Below, in pieces: positions 51,118-52,348 of a stretch of DNA of 52,348 nt; position 1 is the stretch's first letter, and each line of letters begins with the position of its first letter. Position numbers and translations under genes: made by a program. The stretch comes from Erysipelotrichia bacterium (GTDB lineage Bacteria; Bacillota_I; Bacilli_A; RFN20; CAG-826). Location: NCBI GenBank assembly GCA_012522695.1, contig JAAYJX010000110.1, positions 1-52,348 of the forward strand, read 5' to 3'. The notes beneath the pieces are model-generated. The model made no database searches. It was not told the DNA's origin and saw only the letters and a program-made list of their open reading frames with translations.

Positions 51118-52038
51118 CTAATCAAAACTATTTACTATCAGTAAGCGATATTTACTTACGTATTCTTCTAATTCGTTTTTATTAAGTTGCAACTTTAAAA
51201 TAATATCGTCTAAATTAATTTGCGTTTTTAAATATTCACCTGCTAAAACAATTAACGCGCCAGTTAATAAATTAGTCTCATCCATGTTTGCAACAACATC
51301 AGGAAAAAGAAGAAAAAATAGTTGATCAAATAATTGTCGCGAAACATCACGAATCGTCGTATTTTTTGTTAAAGTTTCGATATCATCGAATAAATCTTCT
51401 TCAAGTAAATTATAATCTAATAAATTAATATCTTTAGGTATTAAGGAAAAAGTTTTTTCGTTTTTAGTAAAAGTAATTTCTTTTTCATCCTTATTTTCAA
51501 TTAGAAGCATTAAAGCAAACGTTTTTATAAAATTACTAGCAACATTGCCAACGATTAATTTTCTTAAAGGTTTAAAAAAATTACTAACTTTGCGTTGACG
51601 AATGTTTTCTAAAGCAATAATTAAATCATTTTCATCTTTTGGATGAAGTAACATTGTTTCTAATTGTTCATCGCTTAAAAGGGGTTTTGGGCGATTTTTT
51701 AATTCGTAATTTCTAATCATTTGTGTGGCACTACTTAAATATTCTTCGACCTCTTGTGATATATAAGGAAAGTTTTCATAATGTTTAACAATTTGATAAG
51801 CTTCTTCATAAAGTTTTAATTTTATTAATGAAGCAAAATGAATTTGCATCATTTCGAAAGTATACTCTTTAAAATGATTATTTTCTTTTTTAATTAAAGC
51901 GATTGCTTTTTCAAATTGTTCTAAATGAAAAAAAGATTCTAAACGGTAATATAAAGACAATGCGTCATGACTTTTATTCGTTAAAGAAAGAATTAATTCG
52001 TATTCTTTTTTAGCAAATAATTTTTTTAATGAGCCCAT
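51118..52038 (-). CDS. Helical (TPR-like) hypothetical protein, possibly DUF3196/YsoA-like
   Basis: 306-aa helical ORF with a PYIS.E.E motif, located upstream of tig. Confidence 0.65.
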   Translation of the reverse strand: MGSLKKLFAKKEYELILSLTNKSHDALSLYYRLESFFHLEQFEKAIALIKKENNHFKEYTFEMMQIHFASLIKLKLYEEAYQIVKHYENFPYISQEVEEYLSSATQMIRNYELKNRPKPLLSDEQLETMLLHPKDENDLIIALENIRQRKVSNFFKPLRKLIVGNVASNFIKTFALMLLIENKDEKEITFTKNEKTFSLIPKDINLLDYNLLEEDLFDDIETLTKNTTIRDVSRQLFDQLFFLLFPDVVANMDETNLLTGALIVLAGEYLKTQINLDDIILKLQLNKNELEEYVSKYRLLIVNSFD

Positions 52039-52154
52039 ATAAAAATTATATCATAACCTTTGGTTATGTTTCAAGATAAACTTTTTACGCATTATCGTAA
52101 ATTTACGTCTTTTTGTAAATAAAAATGCCACGGATTAATGTAGCATTATTTGTT

Positions 52155-52231
52155 TGGCGTCCTCTGGGCGACTCGAACGCCCGACCTACGGCTTAGAAGG
52201 CCGTTGCTCTGTCCAACTGAGCTAAGAGGAC
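52155..52231 (-). tRNA. tRNA-Arg(UCU)
   Basis: GTCCTCTTAGCTCAGTTGGACAGAGCAACGGC-CTTCTAA-GCCGTAGGTCGGGCGTTCGAGTCGCCCAGAGGACGCCA folds as a cloverleaf with encoded CCA. Confidence 0.96.
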
Positions 52232-52348
52232 ACTTCGCCTATATAATATATTATTTATAGACAATAATATCAATTATAAATTGTTTACTTCTTTTAACTT
52301 GTCAAAAACATTTTTCGCAACAGATTTTGGTAAGAGTTGTTCTAATTC

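Noticed and set aside
1-52348. Genetic code 4 (UGA=Trp throughout)
   Set aside because: Conserved Trp residues use TGG, and all long genes except lon are intact under code 11.
52039-52348. tRNA-Arg as an integration site for a genomic island
   Set aside because: I noticed no duplicated tRNA 3' end or adjacent integrase, and the downstream genes are core.

Overview
AT-rich chromosomal segment of a genome-reduced, low-GC Bacilli-type organism. The gene order is a compacted B. subtilis-like one, and placement among uncultured Erysipelotrichales/Mollicutes-adjacent lineages such as RFN20 is my inference. The window spans the replication terminus. A 28-bp dif site lies at 13488-13515, where gene orientation flips from mostly + to mostly -, with parEC and xerD nearby. 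I count 48 CDS, nearly all housekeeping, plus tRNA-Arg(UCU), a valS T-box and an L21 leader. I see no CRISPR array, IS element or prophage. The most notable observations are: (1) lon is one 771-codon frame broken by a single in-frame TGA at a conserved Cys, and TGA ends other genes only in ATGA overlaps, which raises the possibility of UGA readthrough or recoding; (2) two extra XerD half-sites flank dif, one abutting the dinB-xerD promoter; (3) EF-P has Met at its functional tip; (4) SecDF appears to lack its proton-relay residues; (5) of two tandem lipoprotein paralogs, one is silenced by a codon-3 TAA; (6) a peptide with a double-glycine-like leader is encoded upstream of radC.
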